A DNA stretch of 64,000 bases from an uncultured Nitrospiraceae bacterium (GTDB lineage: Bacteria > Nitrospirota > Thermodesulfovibrionia > Thermodesulfovibrionales > Dissulfurispiraceae). Positions 1-15,410 of the stretch are shown here, one piece after another. Made by a program: the position numbers and the translations under genes. The stretch covers positions 1 through 64,000 of the forward strand of contig CAVPIW010000004.1 of NCBI GenBank assembly GCA_963705105.1, written 5' to 3'. Each line of letters starts with the position of its first letter. Within the stretch, counting starts at the first letter, position 1. The notes below the pieces were generated by a model. It was not told the DNA's origin. It made no database searches and saw nothing but the letters and a program-made list of their open reading frames with translations.

Positions 1-1094
1 CCACGGGCTTCTGTGGAGCGTGCGAGCTTGTTAGCTCAGCAACGCGGCCAGTTTGGCGACGCGAAAAAAGTCGGCTTGAATCGCACGCAGGCTTTTGTTC
101 GCGGCAGTTTGCACTGATTGGCCTCGTCTTGCCGGCGCCCTCTCGCCCTCTTCCGGCCGCTCCCTAGCTGCGACAACTCGCCAGCGCGATAGTTGAGCGC
201 ATCAACCATTCCGCTAGCTTGTCTTCGAGGCGCGAAAGAGGGCGGACCGGCGGACGCGGGAAACTTGGGAAAAGGCGAAAGGCGTTCGTCTTGTCCGAGA
301 GGCGTTTGCGAGTGAGAGATTCCCCGCCGCGCCTGCTTTTGCGCGCCTCGTATAGCGCGCCCTCTTCCTTGCCAGCTTCTTCTATACCTGAGTAGTAGTT
401 TGCTGGAGCGTATCACACACCGCGCTAGCGCGAAAGGGGGCGGAACGGCGGACGCGAGGGGAGGGGGCGCGCGAAAAGGCTTTTCGGTTTTGCCACTTTT
501 CTGATTGCCGAGAGGCAAGCGTTTGCGAGCGAGCGGGCGCTGACCTCCGCCGCGCCTTCCTACATAGCGCCCTCTTCCTCCGCTTTTTCTCGCTTGTTCT
601 CCGCTTCTGTGGCGAGATCGAGCCGCGAGCTGATCCCTCGCTCAATGAAAAAGCTAGTTGAGCGGCGACGGGGTCCGCGAGGAGGACGCGGGATAATTTC
701 CCCCCTTTTTCGGCCTCGAAGGATTGAAGGAGAGCGAGCGGCGCTTGCTTGTCTTTTCGCCGCCGCTTGTCTTTTCAGCTTGTCCCGCTCATCATAGACC
801 CGCTCGCCTCCACGGGCACAGGCGAGACGTCCGCGGAAGAGTTGAGCAAGGCGTCGAAAGGCGCGATTCGGAAAGAGTTCTGGTTGCTTGCACAACAGCA
901 GAAACTTTGGGAGGGGGAGGAGAGAGGAGGCAGCAAGCGGAAAAAAGCCTCTCGTGTTTTCTTTTTTTCTTCCCCTTCTTCTTTTTTTCTTCCGCTCATC
1001 ATCACCTCCTCTTCTCTCCTCTCTCGACTCCCTCGACAGTCGACCCCACAGCAACCCACCACCACTACCAGCACCCTTCTAGAAACTTTCTACA

Positions 1095-3266
1095 ATGGTG
1101 TCTACCAAGTCTGTCGCTCTCTTCGCGCTGGTCGCCATGGCCGGCGCCAGCTCCGTGTTCGCGGACAAGGCCGGCGAGGCCTCCGAGTCGGGCAAGATGA
1201 TGAAGAGCCCCAAACTGAAGCTTGACAAGCACGCCGCGAAGGCCGACGAGGCCGGCGAGGCGTTCAAGGTGAAGCCCGCCAAGGTGAGAAGATTAGAAGA
1301 GAGCAGCGCGCGCGAGAGAAGAGACGTGTTTTTTTTCTTCCCGGTATTTTTCGTCGCTCGTCACACAAGTTTTTCTAACCTGTTTCTTTTTCTTCATCGT
1401 CACTCCGCCTCCGATCAAAAACAGGTCCACGTCAAGAAGGCCGGCAAGGCCGACGAGGCTGGCGAGGCGCTCAAGGCGAAGCCCGCCAAGGTGAGAAGAT
1501 TGAAAAAGAGCGGCGCGCGCGCGAGAGAGGAGTGTTTTTCTTCCCGGTACCTTTCGGCGTAATTTTTCCTCACCTCTTTCTTTTCTTTTCTCTCCTCCCT
1601 CCTCCTCCTCCTCTTTCCCACCTCACAAACAGGTCCACGTTAAGGCCGCAGGCGAGGCCCTGAAGCCGATCAAGGGCCTCAAGAAGGCCGGCAAGGCCGA
1701 CGAGGCCGGCGAGGCGCTCAAGGCGAAGCCCGCCAAGGTGAGAAGATTGGAAAGAGAGCAGCGCGCGCGCGAGAGAGAAGAGACGTGTTTTCTTCTTCCC
1801 AGTTTTTCGCCGTTCGCCACACAAGTTTTTCCTCACCTCTTTTTCTTTTCTTTTCTCCCACCTCACAAACAGGTCCACGTTAAGGGCAGGAGAGGCCCTC
1901 AAGATCGTCAAGGTCCCCAAGGCCCCCAAGAAGGCTGGCAAGGCCGACGAGGCCGGCGAGGCGTTCAAGGTGAAGGGTGTCAAGATCCACGCGAAGAAGT
2001 CGAAGGGCGACGGCGAGGCCGTCGCGGGCGAAGCTGCGGCCGTCAAGCACACCCCCAAGAAGACGGCGAAATTCGCCGAGAAGGTGGCCAAGCTTGACGC
2101 GAAGAAGAAGGTCAAGGGCGGAGTGAGTACATGTTTTGCGTTTTTTTGTTTGCTGATGGGGGAGGAGGCGCTCTCGCACGCGAGAGAGAGCGAAGAGAAG
2201 AGGGGGGTGGGCGATATTTTCACCCCGAAAACGTTGCGCCGCTGTCCGCGCTCTTTTCTGAAGAAGAAAAAAATTCTTCTTCTTTTTTCCTCACCCCGAC
2301 CCCTCCCCCCCCCCTCCTCCCACCACCCTCAACCCATTTTTCATCAAACAGGAGGCTGACGAGGCTGGCGAGGCCACGAAGTCCAAAAAAGACAAGGCGG
2401 ACGCCATCTCGGCGAAGCTCGACGCCAAGAAGGCCTCCAAGGCCAAAGTGTCGGGAGCCGACGCGCTGGCCGCGGCCGCGGCCGCGGGCGAGAGCGGCAA
2501 GAAGATGAAGGCCCCCAAGGACTACGCCAAGAAGGCCGACGAGGCTGGCGAGGCGCTCAAGGCGAAGCCCGCCAAGGTGAGAAGATTGAAAAAGAGCGGC
2601 GCGCGCGCAGAGAGAGGAGTGTTTTTCTTCCCGGTACCTTTCGGCGAAATTTTTCCTCACCTCTTTCTTTTCTTTTCTCTCTCCCCTCCTCCTCCTCCTC
2701 TTTCCCACCTCACAAACAGGTCCACGTTAAGGCCGCAGGGAGGCCCTGAAGCCGATCGGCCTCAGAAGGCCGGCAAGGCCGACGAGGCCCGCGAGGCGCT
2801 CAAGGCGAAACCCGCCAAGGTGAGAAGATTGAAAGAGCAGCAGCGCGCGCGCGAGAGAGAAGAGACGTGTTTTCTTCTTCCCAGTATTTTTCGCCGCTCG
2901 CCACACAAGTTTTTCCTCACCTCTTTTTCTTTTCTTTTCTCCCATCTCTCAACACAGGTCCACGAGGCAGGCGAGGCCCTCAAGGTCGTCAAGGTCCCCA
3001 AGGCCCCCAAGGTGAGTTGGCAGTTTCGATAAGAGAAGAGTTGTTTTTCCTGCTCCCTCTTGGCCCTCTCTCTCTCGCACCTCTCACTTCTTTTCTCTCT
3101 CTCTCTCTCTCTCCACCCCATTTTCTCAACACAGGTCCACGAGGCAGGCGAGGCCCTCAAGGTCGTCAAGGTCCCCAAGGCCCCTAAGAAGGCTGGCAAG
3201 GCCGACGAGGCCGGCGAGGCGCTCAAGGCGCCCAAGGCCAAGAAGGCCCACGGTGAAGCTTTTTAG
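1095..3266 (+). CDS. Eukaryotic secreted Lys/Ala/Glu-rich repeat protein, 8 exons (1095-1283, 1425-1490, 1633-1737, 1873-2122, 2352-2576, 2720-2819, 2958-3011, 3135-3266)
   Basis: Signal-peptide-like start MVSTKSVALFALVAMAGASSVFA; repeated KKAGKADEAGEALKAKPAK units; GTGAG...ACAG phase-0 introns; stop TAG at 3264-3266. Small indels in exons 4 and 6 break the frame, probably read errors. Confidence 0.75.
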
Positions 3267-3721
3267 TCGGTGCGAAGAGTTAAAACAAGAGTTCCACTTT
3301 TTTCTGATGATATATAAAACAATTCAAAACTTTTTTCGTGTGTTTTGCGAAGCGTTACCTTATTCCTATCGGGGAGAGAGGGTGAGAGCGGCGGGTTTTA
3401 TTGTTTGTGTGGCTTGCGCGCGGCGGGGCGGGGGTTCCTTTCTGCCTTTTGACTCCGCGCGCTCGCTCTCATTCCCCCCTCGCCTGCCTTTTTCCTTTTT
3501 TCAACCCCCCTTTAAAAAAAACGCGCGCTGCTCTGTCCAATCTGTGTGTTATCATATCAAACAATGTTAAAAAAGAAAAAATGAATCCATCATAAGTTTT
3601 TTTGCGTCTGCTGCAGAAGTCCTGATGTGTGTGTGTGGAAGCGGGGCGGGAAGCGGGAAGGTGGGGGCTCTCTCGCCGTTTCTTAGCGGCCCAGGTCGAC
3701 AACACACCCGCTGCTTTGCTG

Positions 3722-3909
<188 letters not shown>

Positions 3910-4318
3910 GGCGGCGTCGCTTTTTCTTCTTCTGACATTTTTTGGCGACTGCCGCCGTCGTCGGCCGTCGTCGCCGCCGCCCCTATCGTTTCTGCCCTCG
4001 GAACCCGAACATTGGGTTTTTTGCATTACGAATTCAGAAGCGGCGGAAGGCGGGGGGGGGGCTCTTGCCGTTTCATCTCGCTCGCAGTCGGGGTCGGGAA
4101 CGCCCGCAGCTCTCTTTTTTGCTGCTCTCTCTCTCCTCTCTCTCTTTCTCTCTCTTCCACTTTCCGTTTTTCCCCCTCCCATCTCTCCTTGCTCAAAGAG
4201 GGGCAGCAAGAGCCCCCCCTCCTTCTCTCGTCCTTTCTCTCTCTTCCCGCGCATTTCGAGAGCTCTCCCTCTCCTTCCATCTCTGTCGTCAAAAGGGGGG
4301 GTGCGACAGAGAGCCACG

Positions 4319-8906
<4,588 letters not shown>

Positions 8907-8957
8907 GTGAGTTTTTTTTGATTTTTTCCTCGAGTTTTTTCTTCCCCCCGGGGCCGA

Positions 8958-9951
<994 letters not shown>

Positions 9952-10043
9952 TTTTTAAAAAGTTGAAAACTCAAGCGGTGTTTTCGGGTTCCCTTTAAAT
10001 TTGTAGATTCAGTTTTCAGAGAACAACGTTCTCTTGAAAAATG

Positions 10044-10158
10044 TGCGGTGACGATGGCAAGAAGGTCACACCTGTTCCCATCTCGAACACAGAAGTTAAG
10101 CTTCTTAGCGCCGATTGTAGTGAAGGGTTTCCCTTTGTGAGAGTAGGACGTTGCCGCG
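10044..10158 (+). rRNA. rrf: 5S rRNA
   Basis: CACACCTGTTCCCATCTCGAACACAGAAGTTAAGC...GAGAGTAGGACG with paired ends, directly after 23S. Confidence 0.96.
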
Positions 10159-10181
10159 CTTTTTTTTGTATACAGAATTAT

Positions 10182-10255
10182 TCCGCAATAGCTCAGTTGG
10201 TAGTAGCGCATGACTGTTAATCATGATGTCGTAGGTTCGAGTCCTACTTGCGGAG
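10182..10255 (+). tRNA. tRNA-Asn(GTT)
   Basis: Cloverleaf; anticodon loop CTGTTAA. Confidence 0.93.
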
Positions 10256-10269
10256 TTTTTTCTTAAGAT

Positions 10270-10342
10270 GAGTTATTAGCTCAGTTGGTAGAGCATCTGA
10301 CTTTTAATCAGAGGGTCGCAGGTTCGAGCCCTGCATAACTCA
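10270..10342 (+). tRNA. tRNA-Lys(TTT)
   Basis: Anticodon loop CTTTTAA. Confidence 0.93.
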
Positions 10343-10345
10343 TTT

Positions 10346-10427
10346 GCGGGTGTGGCGGAATTGGCAGACGCACTAGATTTAGGGTCTAGCGCCGCAAGGC
10401 GTGGGGGTTCGAGTCCCTTCACCCGCA
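10346..10427 (+). tRNA. tRNA-Leu(TAG)
   Basis: Loop TTTAGGG, long variable arm. Confidence 0.93.
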
Positions 10428-10438
10428 TAATTTAATAC

Positions 10439-10514
10439 GCCGGCTTAGCTCAGTTGGTAGAGCATCTGATTTGTAATCAGAGGGTCGAGGGTTCGAATCC
10501 TTTAGCCGGCACCA
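10439..10514 (+). tRNA. tRNA-Thr(TGT)
   Basis: Loop TTTGTAA, encoded CCA. Confidence 0.93.
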
Positions 10515-10517
10515 TTC

Positions 10518-10589
10518 GCGGAAGTAGTTCAGTGGTAGAACATCACCTTGCCAAGGTGGGGGTCGCGGGTTCGAACCCCGTCTTCCGCT
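10518..10589 (+). tRNA. tRNA-Gly(GCC)
   Basis: Loop TTGCCAA. Confidence 0.93.
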
Positions 10590-10636
10590 TTCATAAGGAC
10601 TATGCCAGACCTTATGATTGCAACAAACAGTAACAT

Positions 10637-10722
10637 GCCGGGGTGGCGGAACTGGCAGACGCACAGGACTTAAAATCCTGCGGTGAGTGATCACCGTATC
10701 GGTTCGATTCCGATTCTCGGCA
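10637..10722 (+). tRNA. tRNA-Leu(TAA)
   Basis: Loop CTTAAAA, long variable arm. Confidence 0.93.
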
Positions 10723-10727
10723 TTTAG

Positions 10728-10801
10728 GCACCCATAGCTCAATTGGATAGAGTACTTGACTACGAATCAAGCGGTTACAGGTTCGACTCCTGTTGGGTGC
10801 A
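10728..10801 (+). tRNA. tRNA-Arg(ACG)
   Basis: Loop CTACGAA. Confidence 0.93.
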
Positions 10802-10818
10802 TTTTTTAATATTTTCAA

Positions 10819-10892
10819 CGGGAAGTAGCTCAGCTTGGTAGAGCACTTGGTTTGGGACCAAGGGGTCGCAGGTTCGAATCCTGTCTTCCCGA
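10819..10892 (+). tRNA. tRNA-Pro(TGG)
   Basis: Loop TTTGGGA. Confidence 0.93.
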
Positions 10893-10907
10893 TTAAACAA
10901 TTTTCAC

Positions 10908-10980
10908 GGGGCCTTAGCTCAGCTGGGAGAGCGCCTGCCTTGCACGCAGGAGGTCAGCGGTTCGATCCCGCTAGGCTCCA
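10908..10980 (+). tRNA. tRNA-Ala(TGC)
   Basis: Loop CTTGCAC; G3:U70 pair. Confidence 0.93.
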
Positions 10981-10990
10981 TTTTCATTTT

Positions 10991-11064
10991 GGCGGTGTAG
11001 CTCAGATGGCTAGAGCATCCGGTTCATACCCGGAAGGTCATGGGTTCGACCCCCTTCGCCGCTA
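10991..11064 (+). tRNA. tRNA-Met(CAT), elongator
   Basis: Loop TTCATAC; GGCGGTG acceptor typical of Bacilli elongator Met. Confidence 0.88.
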
Positions 11065-11078
11065 TTATACCTTGCTTT

Positions 11079-11152
11079 GGACCTTTAGCTCAGTTGGTTA
11101 GAGCAGACGGCTCATAACCGTCCGGTCGCAGGTTCGAGTCCTGCAAGGTCCA
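11079..11152 (+). tRNA. tRNA-Ile2(CAT, lysidine type)
   Basis: Loop CTCATAA; GGACCTT acceptor typical of Bacilli Ile2. Confidence 0.85.
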
Positions 11153-11172
11153 TGAAAAATTTATCAGCTTAT

Positions 11173-11262
11173 GGAGGATTACCCAAGTCCGGCTGAAGGG
11201 AACGGTCTTGAAAACCGTCAGGCGTGTAAAAGCGCGCAAGGGTTCGAATCCCTTATCCTCCT
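11173..11262 (+). tRNA. tRNA-Ser(TGA)
   Basis: Loop CTTGAAA, long variable arm. Confidence 0.93.
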
Positions 11263-11291
11263 TTAGTGGCCTCAGGCCATTGTACTATTAT

Positions 11292-11364
<73 letters not shown>

Positions 11365-11451
11365 TTATCATGATTGTCGCTGCTTCAGCAGCTTACAAGC
11401 ATGATACACTTGGGCGCAAGCCCACAGTGTTACCAATTTTTTTTTGCGCAT

Positions 11452-11527
11452 GGTTCCGTGGTGTAGGGGTCAACATGCCTGCCTGTCACGCAGGAGATCG
11501 CGGGTTCAAATCCCGTCGGAGCCGCCA
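11452..11527 (+). tRNA. tRNA-Asp(GTC)
   Basis: Loop CTGTCAC, encoded CCA. Confidence 0.93.
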
Positions 11528-11528
11528 T

Positions 11529-11599
11529 GCGGGTGTAGTTTAGTGGTAAAACCCCAGCCTTCCAAGCTGATGTCGGGAGTTCGATTCTCCTCACCCGCT
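11529..11599 (+). tRNA. tRNA-Gly(TCC)
   Basis: Loop CTTCCAA. Confidence 0.93.
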
Positions 11600-11610
11600 T
11601 TTTTTAAGAA

Positions 11611-11684
<74 letters not shown>

Positions 11685-11719
11685 TTGATAAAGCAACAGA
11701 TAGTGGAGTTCTCTTTTAA

Positions 11720-11807
11720 GGGGAAGTACTCAAGTGGCTGAAGAGGCGCCCCTGCTAAGGGTGTAGGTCGTTAACGCGGCGCGAGGGTTCAAATCCCTCC
11801 TTCTCCG
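11720..11807 (+). tRNA. tRNA-Ser(GCT)
   Basis: Loop CTGCTAA, long variable arm. Confidence 0.93.
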
Positions 11808-11834
11808 TAGCTTTATCGAAAAGAATAAAAGATT

Positions 11835-11906
11835 GGTCCGTTGGTCAAGCGGTTAAGACACCGCCCTTTCACGGCGGTATCACGGGTTCGATTCCCGTAC
11901 GGATCA
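11835..11906 (+). tRNA. tRNA-Glu(TTC)
   Basis: Loop CTTTCAC. Confidence 0.93.
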
Positions 11907-11922
11907 TTATTTCCAGTATTAT

Positions 11923-11995
11923 GGAGGTTTAGCTCAGCTGGGAGAGCGTCTGCCTTACAAGCAGAATGTCGGCGGTTCGATCCCGTCAACCTCCA
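11923..11995 (+). tRNA. tRNA-Val(TAC)
   Basis: Loop CTTACAA. Confidence 0.93.
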
Positions 11996-11997
11996 TT

Positions 11998-12070
11998 GGT
12001 TCCGTGGTGTAGGGGTCAACATGCCTGCCTGTCACGCAGGAGATCGCGGGTTCAAATCCCGTCGGAGCCG
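11998..12070 (+). tRNA. tRNA-Asp(GTC), second identical copy
   Basis: Same sequence as 11452-11524. Confidence 0.93.
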
Positions 12071-12088
12071 TTTTTAAATTTTTATTTT

Positions 12089-12161
12089 GGTCTGATAGCT
12101 CAGTTGGTAGAGCACTTGATTGAAGCTCAAGGTGTCGGCGGTTCGAATCCGTCTCGGACCA
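12089..12161 (+). tRNA. tRNA-Phe(GAA)
   Basis: Loop TTGAAGC. Confidence 0.93.
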
Positions 12162-12174
12162 TTTTTTATATGAT

Positions 12175-12255
12175 GGAGGGATAGCGAAGTGGCTAAACGC
12201 GGCGGACTGTAAATCCGCTCTTTCGGGTTCGGCAGTTCGAATCTGCCTCCCTCCA
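12175..12255 (+). tRNA. tRNA-Tyr(GTA)
   Basis: Loop CTGTAAA, variable arm. Confidence 0.93.
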
Positions 12256-12265
12256 TTCTTATTAT

Positions 12266-12339
12266 GGCGATCGTGGCGAAGTGGTTAACGCACCGGTTTG
12301 TGGATCCGGCATTCGTGGGTTCAATTCCCATCGGTCGCC
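12266..12339 (+). tRNA. tRNA-His(GTG)
   Basis: Loop TTGTGGA, G-1. Confidence 0.92.
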
Positions 12340-12347
12340 CTCTTTAT

Positions 12348-12387
12348 TGGGCTATCGCCAAGCGGTAAGGCAACAGACTTTGATTCT
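12348..12387 (+). tRNA. tRNA-Gln(TTG), 5' half only, cut at the segment junction
   Basis: TGGGCTATCGCCAAGCGGTAAGGCAACAGACTTTGATTC, then unrelated sequence with no T-arm. Confidence 0.85.
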
Positions 12388-12439
12388 TGTGCAGCCGCTC
12401 ATGGTAAAATACAAGTGATTCCGCAAAAAGGGGGCAAAA

Positions 12440-12952
12440 ATGAAAACAAAAGCAGCGATCGTATTCCTTCTGATCACGTGCGTCACCCTCTTCGCGTCAC
12501 CCTGCCGGGCGTGGCTCGAGACGCTCATGATCCAGGAACCGAACAGGACCATTGTGGTCCAGGGTCATTTCAGGGATGAACCCTGGGGCGCCTTCCCCGG
12601 AGAGCAGTTCTTCTCCTATGAAGAGCAGTCTCCGCAGAGCAGCAACCATGAGAAGTACTATTTTCACGGAGTGAAGGAGGAAGGCTCCTTCGAGATCAGG
12701 CATACCTGGGCCAAGTTCGGGGGATTCAGGGCCGGCAAACCCAATCAGGAGATCCTGAAGGTCACCTTCAAAGCGGACGGTGAATATCCGCTGCCCATGT
12801 CCATCCTCACCTTCCCGAACTGCACAAAGAAAGACCTGGCGGTCCTCAAGATGATCTCGCTGAAGGACAACCGGCTCGGCTACAGGATCATCCTCCCTGC
12901 ATGCCTCAAAGAGGCGCTGAAAAGGGAGCAGGAAAAAGACGCTCAGCGCTGA
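12440..12952 (+). CDS. Exported hypothetical protein
   Basis: 170-aa ORF, signal-peptide-like N-terminus, purine-rich RBS, GC3-rich codons. Confidence 0.75.
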   Translation: MKTKAAIVFLLITCVTLFASPCRAWLETLMIQEPNRTIVVQGHFRDEPWGAFPGEQFFSYEEQSPQSSNHEKYYFHGVKEEGSFEIRHTWAKFGGFRAGKPNQEILKVTFKADGEYPLPMSILTFPNCTKKDLAVLKMISLKDNRLGYRIILPACLKEALKREQEKDAQR

Positions 12953-12961
12953 GGCGCTGTT

Positions 12962-14965
12962 TTACTTTTTCTTTTCGATGTCCGACCTGCGCGGCATCTT
13001 CTTCCCGTCACCCACGGCATAGATCTGCGCGGGTGTCCTGTCCTTTGCACTGAGATTCAGCGACGGCGACGAGATCAGCACGTAATACATGCCGTCGCGA
13101 GGCACCGTGAGGACGTCCTCATATACCCCGTCACCCACATACTTCACGTTGCGGGTGAAGGAGGGGAACCCCGACGAGTGAATAAGCTGCACATACACGT
13201 CCTTTGCCTCGGCCACGGGCGTCCCGTCTTTCGGACTGACCAGCTTAAAGGAAAATTTCAGTTCTCCCGGCGCTTTCGTCTGCCAGACCGTGTTCAGATA
13301 GACGATGTCCGGGTACGGGGGCGTCTTGTCGACGCCGGGGTCCGGCTTCGCCGTAAAGGTGAAGCAATGGATTATCTTGGGAGAGTCGATGAGCATGGCG
13401 ACCTCAAACTCGCCGCTCGCCGGGACTTTGATCCTCGTCCCGTACACGCCCGGCTGGAGCTGGCGGAGGTTCCTGTTGACGACCTTGGGCGCCCTCGCAA
13501 GCCGGCTGCCGTACATGCGGTAGCTGCCCATAGGCACCGAATGCCCCTCCATGTAAAAGAACACGACCCCGTCGGCCGGGTTGACCACTAACATGTGGCC
13601 TTCCATGGAGGACTCGATGATGTTGTCGGCGATGGACTCGAACTCCGCCTCCTTGGGCGGCTTCTGCCCCCCCGTGACCTCGATGGGGCTCAGCTTTTCG
13701 ACGGCGCCCAGGTTGTCGAGCTGTATCAGGCGGACGTAGTTCGTCGCCCTCGTCCGGATATAGGCATAGTTCTTTGTGAACATGATTTGGTCCGGCTCTT
13801 TGTCGATCTCCGTGGTGTACCGCACCTTGTTGTCGGAGGCGTCGAAGACGTACAGGAGGTTCTCCCTGGCGTTCAGGACGAAGCCCCAGCGGTCACCCGG
13901 CGCAAAACGGACGGCCCAGAGCCCCGGCTTCAGCTCTATCTTCTCGCGCACCCCCTGGGACTTCCCGTCCACGATGGCCACATACCCCGCATCTCCGACG
14001 GAGACATAGGCCGCCTTGGAGAGCTTCGAATAGGCGACACTCACCGGCAATCCCTTCAGCTCGATGTCCTTCACCTTCTTCAGCGTCTGCATGTCCACGA
14101 CCGAGAGGGTCCCGCTCTTGGCGTTCGTGACATAGGCGAACAGGCTGTCGTCGGAGAAGGCGATCTCGTGGTGCCCCGCGCCCGTCGCGATGAAGGCGAC
14201 CTTCTCCTTCTTGCTGCTGTCGATCACCGCCACGCCCGACTCGTCCTTGTTGTCGGCGTCAAGGCCCACGAGCAGGTATTTCATATCCGGCTGCAGCACA
14301 ACGCGCACGGGGTTACTGCCCACGGCGATGTTCTTGTCCACCTTGAAGGTCTCCGTGTTGACCACCGCAACCTCTCCTGCCTTCGGCATCGTCACGAAGA
14401 GGTCCTTCTGCTCTCTGCCGTAGGTCCAGTCCTCGCCGGGTCTCTTCATGTGAATCATGGCGTAGAGGTGCGTGATGTTCTGCATGCCGATGATGGGATC
14501 GATGACGGATATCGTCGCGTCGTGGTTCATGGCGAGGATGTAATAGCTGTTCAGGTCCAGCAGGGGCCGGAAAGTCATGATGCCCTTGAAGTAGAGCTGC
14601 ACCTTCTGGTCGCAGGTGTAGGTCTGGGCCTCTTTGCCGGTGGCCCCGCCGGTCTTGAGGTCGATCCACGCGCCGGGGTAGATGGGGGTGATGGGATTGC
14701 CCGTCGTCGCGTCGGTGACAGTGAAGGCGAGATCGGCAAACTGGCCCTCCGTGAGCTCCGCCCCCGCCACAGGTTTGACGGTGAACTCGATCTTCGTGCC
14801 CTTCGTAACGAGCTCCTCCTTCACCGGTTTGCCCAGATCGGAACCCTTTGCGGCAGGGGCCGGCTCTTCCTTCAGCCGCTCGAGGGCCAAGGCGTGGCTT
14901 GCCGGCATTAAGCCGACGGCAACGCCCAGGATGATGCTGAATAAAACGCTTATGTTCTTTCTCAC
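12962..14965 (-). CDS. Periplasmic YncE/cytochrome-cd1-like beta-propeller protein with a C-terminal YtkA/FixH-like Ig domain
   Basis: GTG start after AAGGAG; signal peptide; YVTN-like repeats (AYVTNAKSGTLSVVD, LFVTMPKAGEVAVVNT); C-terminal VGDGVYE..DGMYYVLISSPSL. Confidence 0.8.
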   Translation of the reverse strand: MRKNISVLFSIILGVAVGLMPASHALALERLKEEPAPAAKGSDLGKPVKEELVTKGTKIEFTVKPVAGAELTEGQFADLAFTVTDATTGNPITPIYPGAWIDLKTGGATGKEAQTYTCDQKVQLYFKGIMTFRPLLDLNSYYILAMNHDATISVIDPIIGMQNITHLYAMIHMKRPGEDWTYGREQKDLFVTMPKAGEVAVVNTETFKVDKNIAVGSNPVRVVLQPDMKYLLVGLDADNKDESGVAVIDSSKKEKVAFIATGAGHHEIAFSDDSLFAYVTNAKSGTLSVVDMQTLKKVKDIELKGLPVSVAYSKLSKAAYVSVGDAGYVAIVDGKSQGVREKIELKPGLWAVRFAPGDRWGFVLNARENLLYVFDASDNKVRYTTEIDKEPDQIMFTKNYAYIRTRATNYVRLIQLDNLGAVEKLSPIEVTGGQKPPKEAEFESIADNIIESSMEGHMLVVNPADGVVFFYMEGHSVPMGSYRMYGSRLARAPKVVNRNLRQLQPGVYGTRIKVPASGEFEVAMLIDSPKIIHCFTFTAKPDPGVDKTPPYPDIVYLNTVWQTKAPGELKFSFKLVSPKDGTPVAEAKDVYVQLIHSSGFPSFTRNVKYVGDGVYEDVLTVPRDGMYYVLISSPSLNLSAKDRTPAQIYAVGDGKKMPRRSDIEKKK

Positions 14966-15042
14966 TGCTTTGACTCCTTGCTCTGTGAATTTTTCATGCC
15001 GGTAAAGGCAGATGATCATCTTTAATTATATAACATCACGCT

Positions 15043-15057
15043 GCATTACCAATGCCT
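15043..15057 (-). promoter_or_regulatory. Possible sigma54 -24/-12 element upstream of the propeller gene
   Basis: Minus strand AGGCAT-TGGTA-ATGC has GG-N10-GC spacing; imperfect match to TGGCAC-N5-TTGC. Confidence 0.3.
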
Positions 15058-15355
15058 GCGATTACAATCTGCAAACGACAGGACCGCCTCACGCAGGGCC
15101 GCCAGGCGCGCAAAGAACGACACAAGACCTGAAGCTGCATTCAAGACATATGTCCCGCACAGTCCGTCATGCCGGCTCGTCCGGCATCTTTCTCTGAAGA
15201 GAAGAAGGATTCCCGACAAGCGGGAATGACAAATGGTGAGAAGACAGGACAGTAAGAATTCCTTTCACTGACACTCACACTGACACTGACACTTTCTTGC
15301 TTTTCTTTGCGATCTTTGCGTCTTTGCGCGAGAATAGGTCTGTGGGGAAATCCCC

Positions 15356-15387
15356 AAAAAGGAGGGTGCGGCGGGGCCGCACCCTCC
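15356..15387 (-). terminator. Intrinsic terminator after the multicopper oxidase gene
   Basis: GGAGGGTGCGG...CCGCACCCTCC hairpin followed by T5 on the minus strand. Confidence 0.8.
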
Positions 15388-15410
15388 TCAAGGCTTAGAG
15401 GTTTATACGC

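Noticed and set aside
36..1054. ORFs upstream of the first eukaryotic gene
   Set aside because: No recognisable motifs or consistent splice structure; likely promoter/UTR sequence.
12348..12952. Genomic island integrated at tRNA-Gln
   Set aside because: No integrase or att duplication; downstream DNA carries another organism's core genes.
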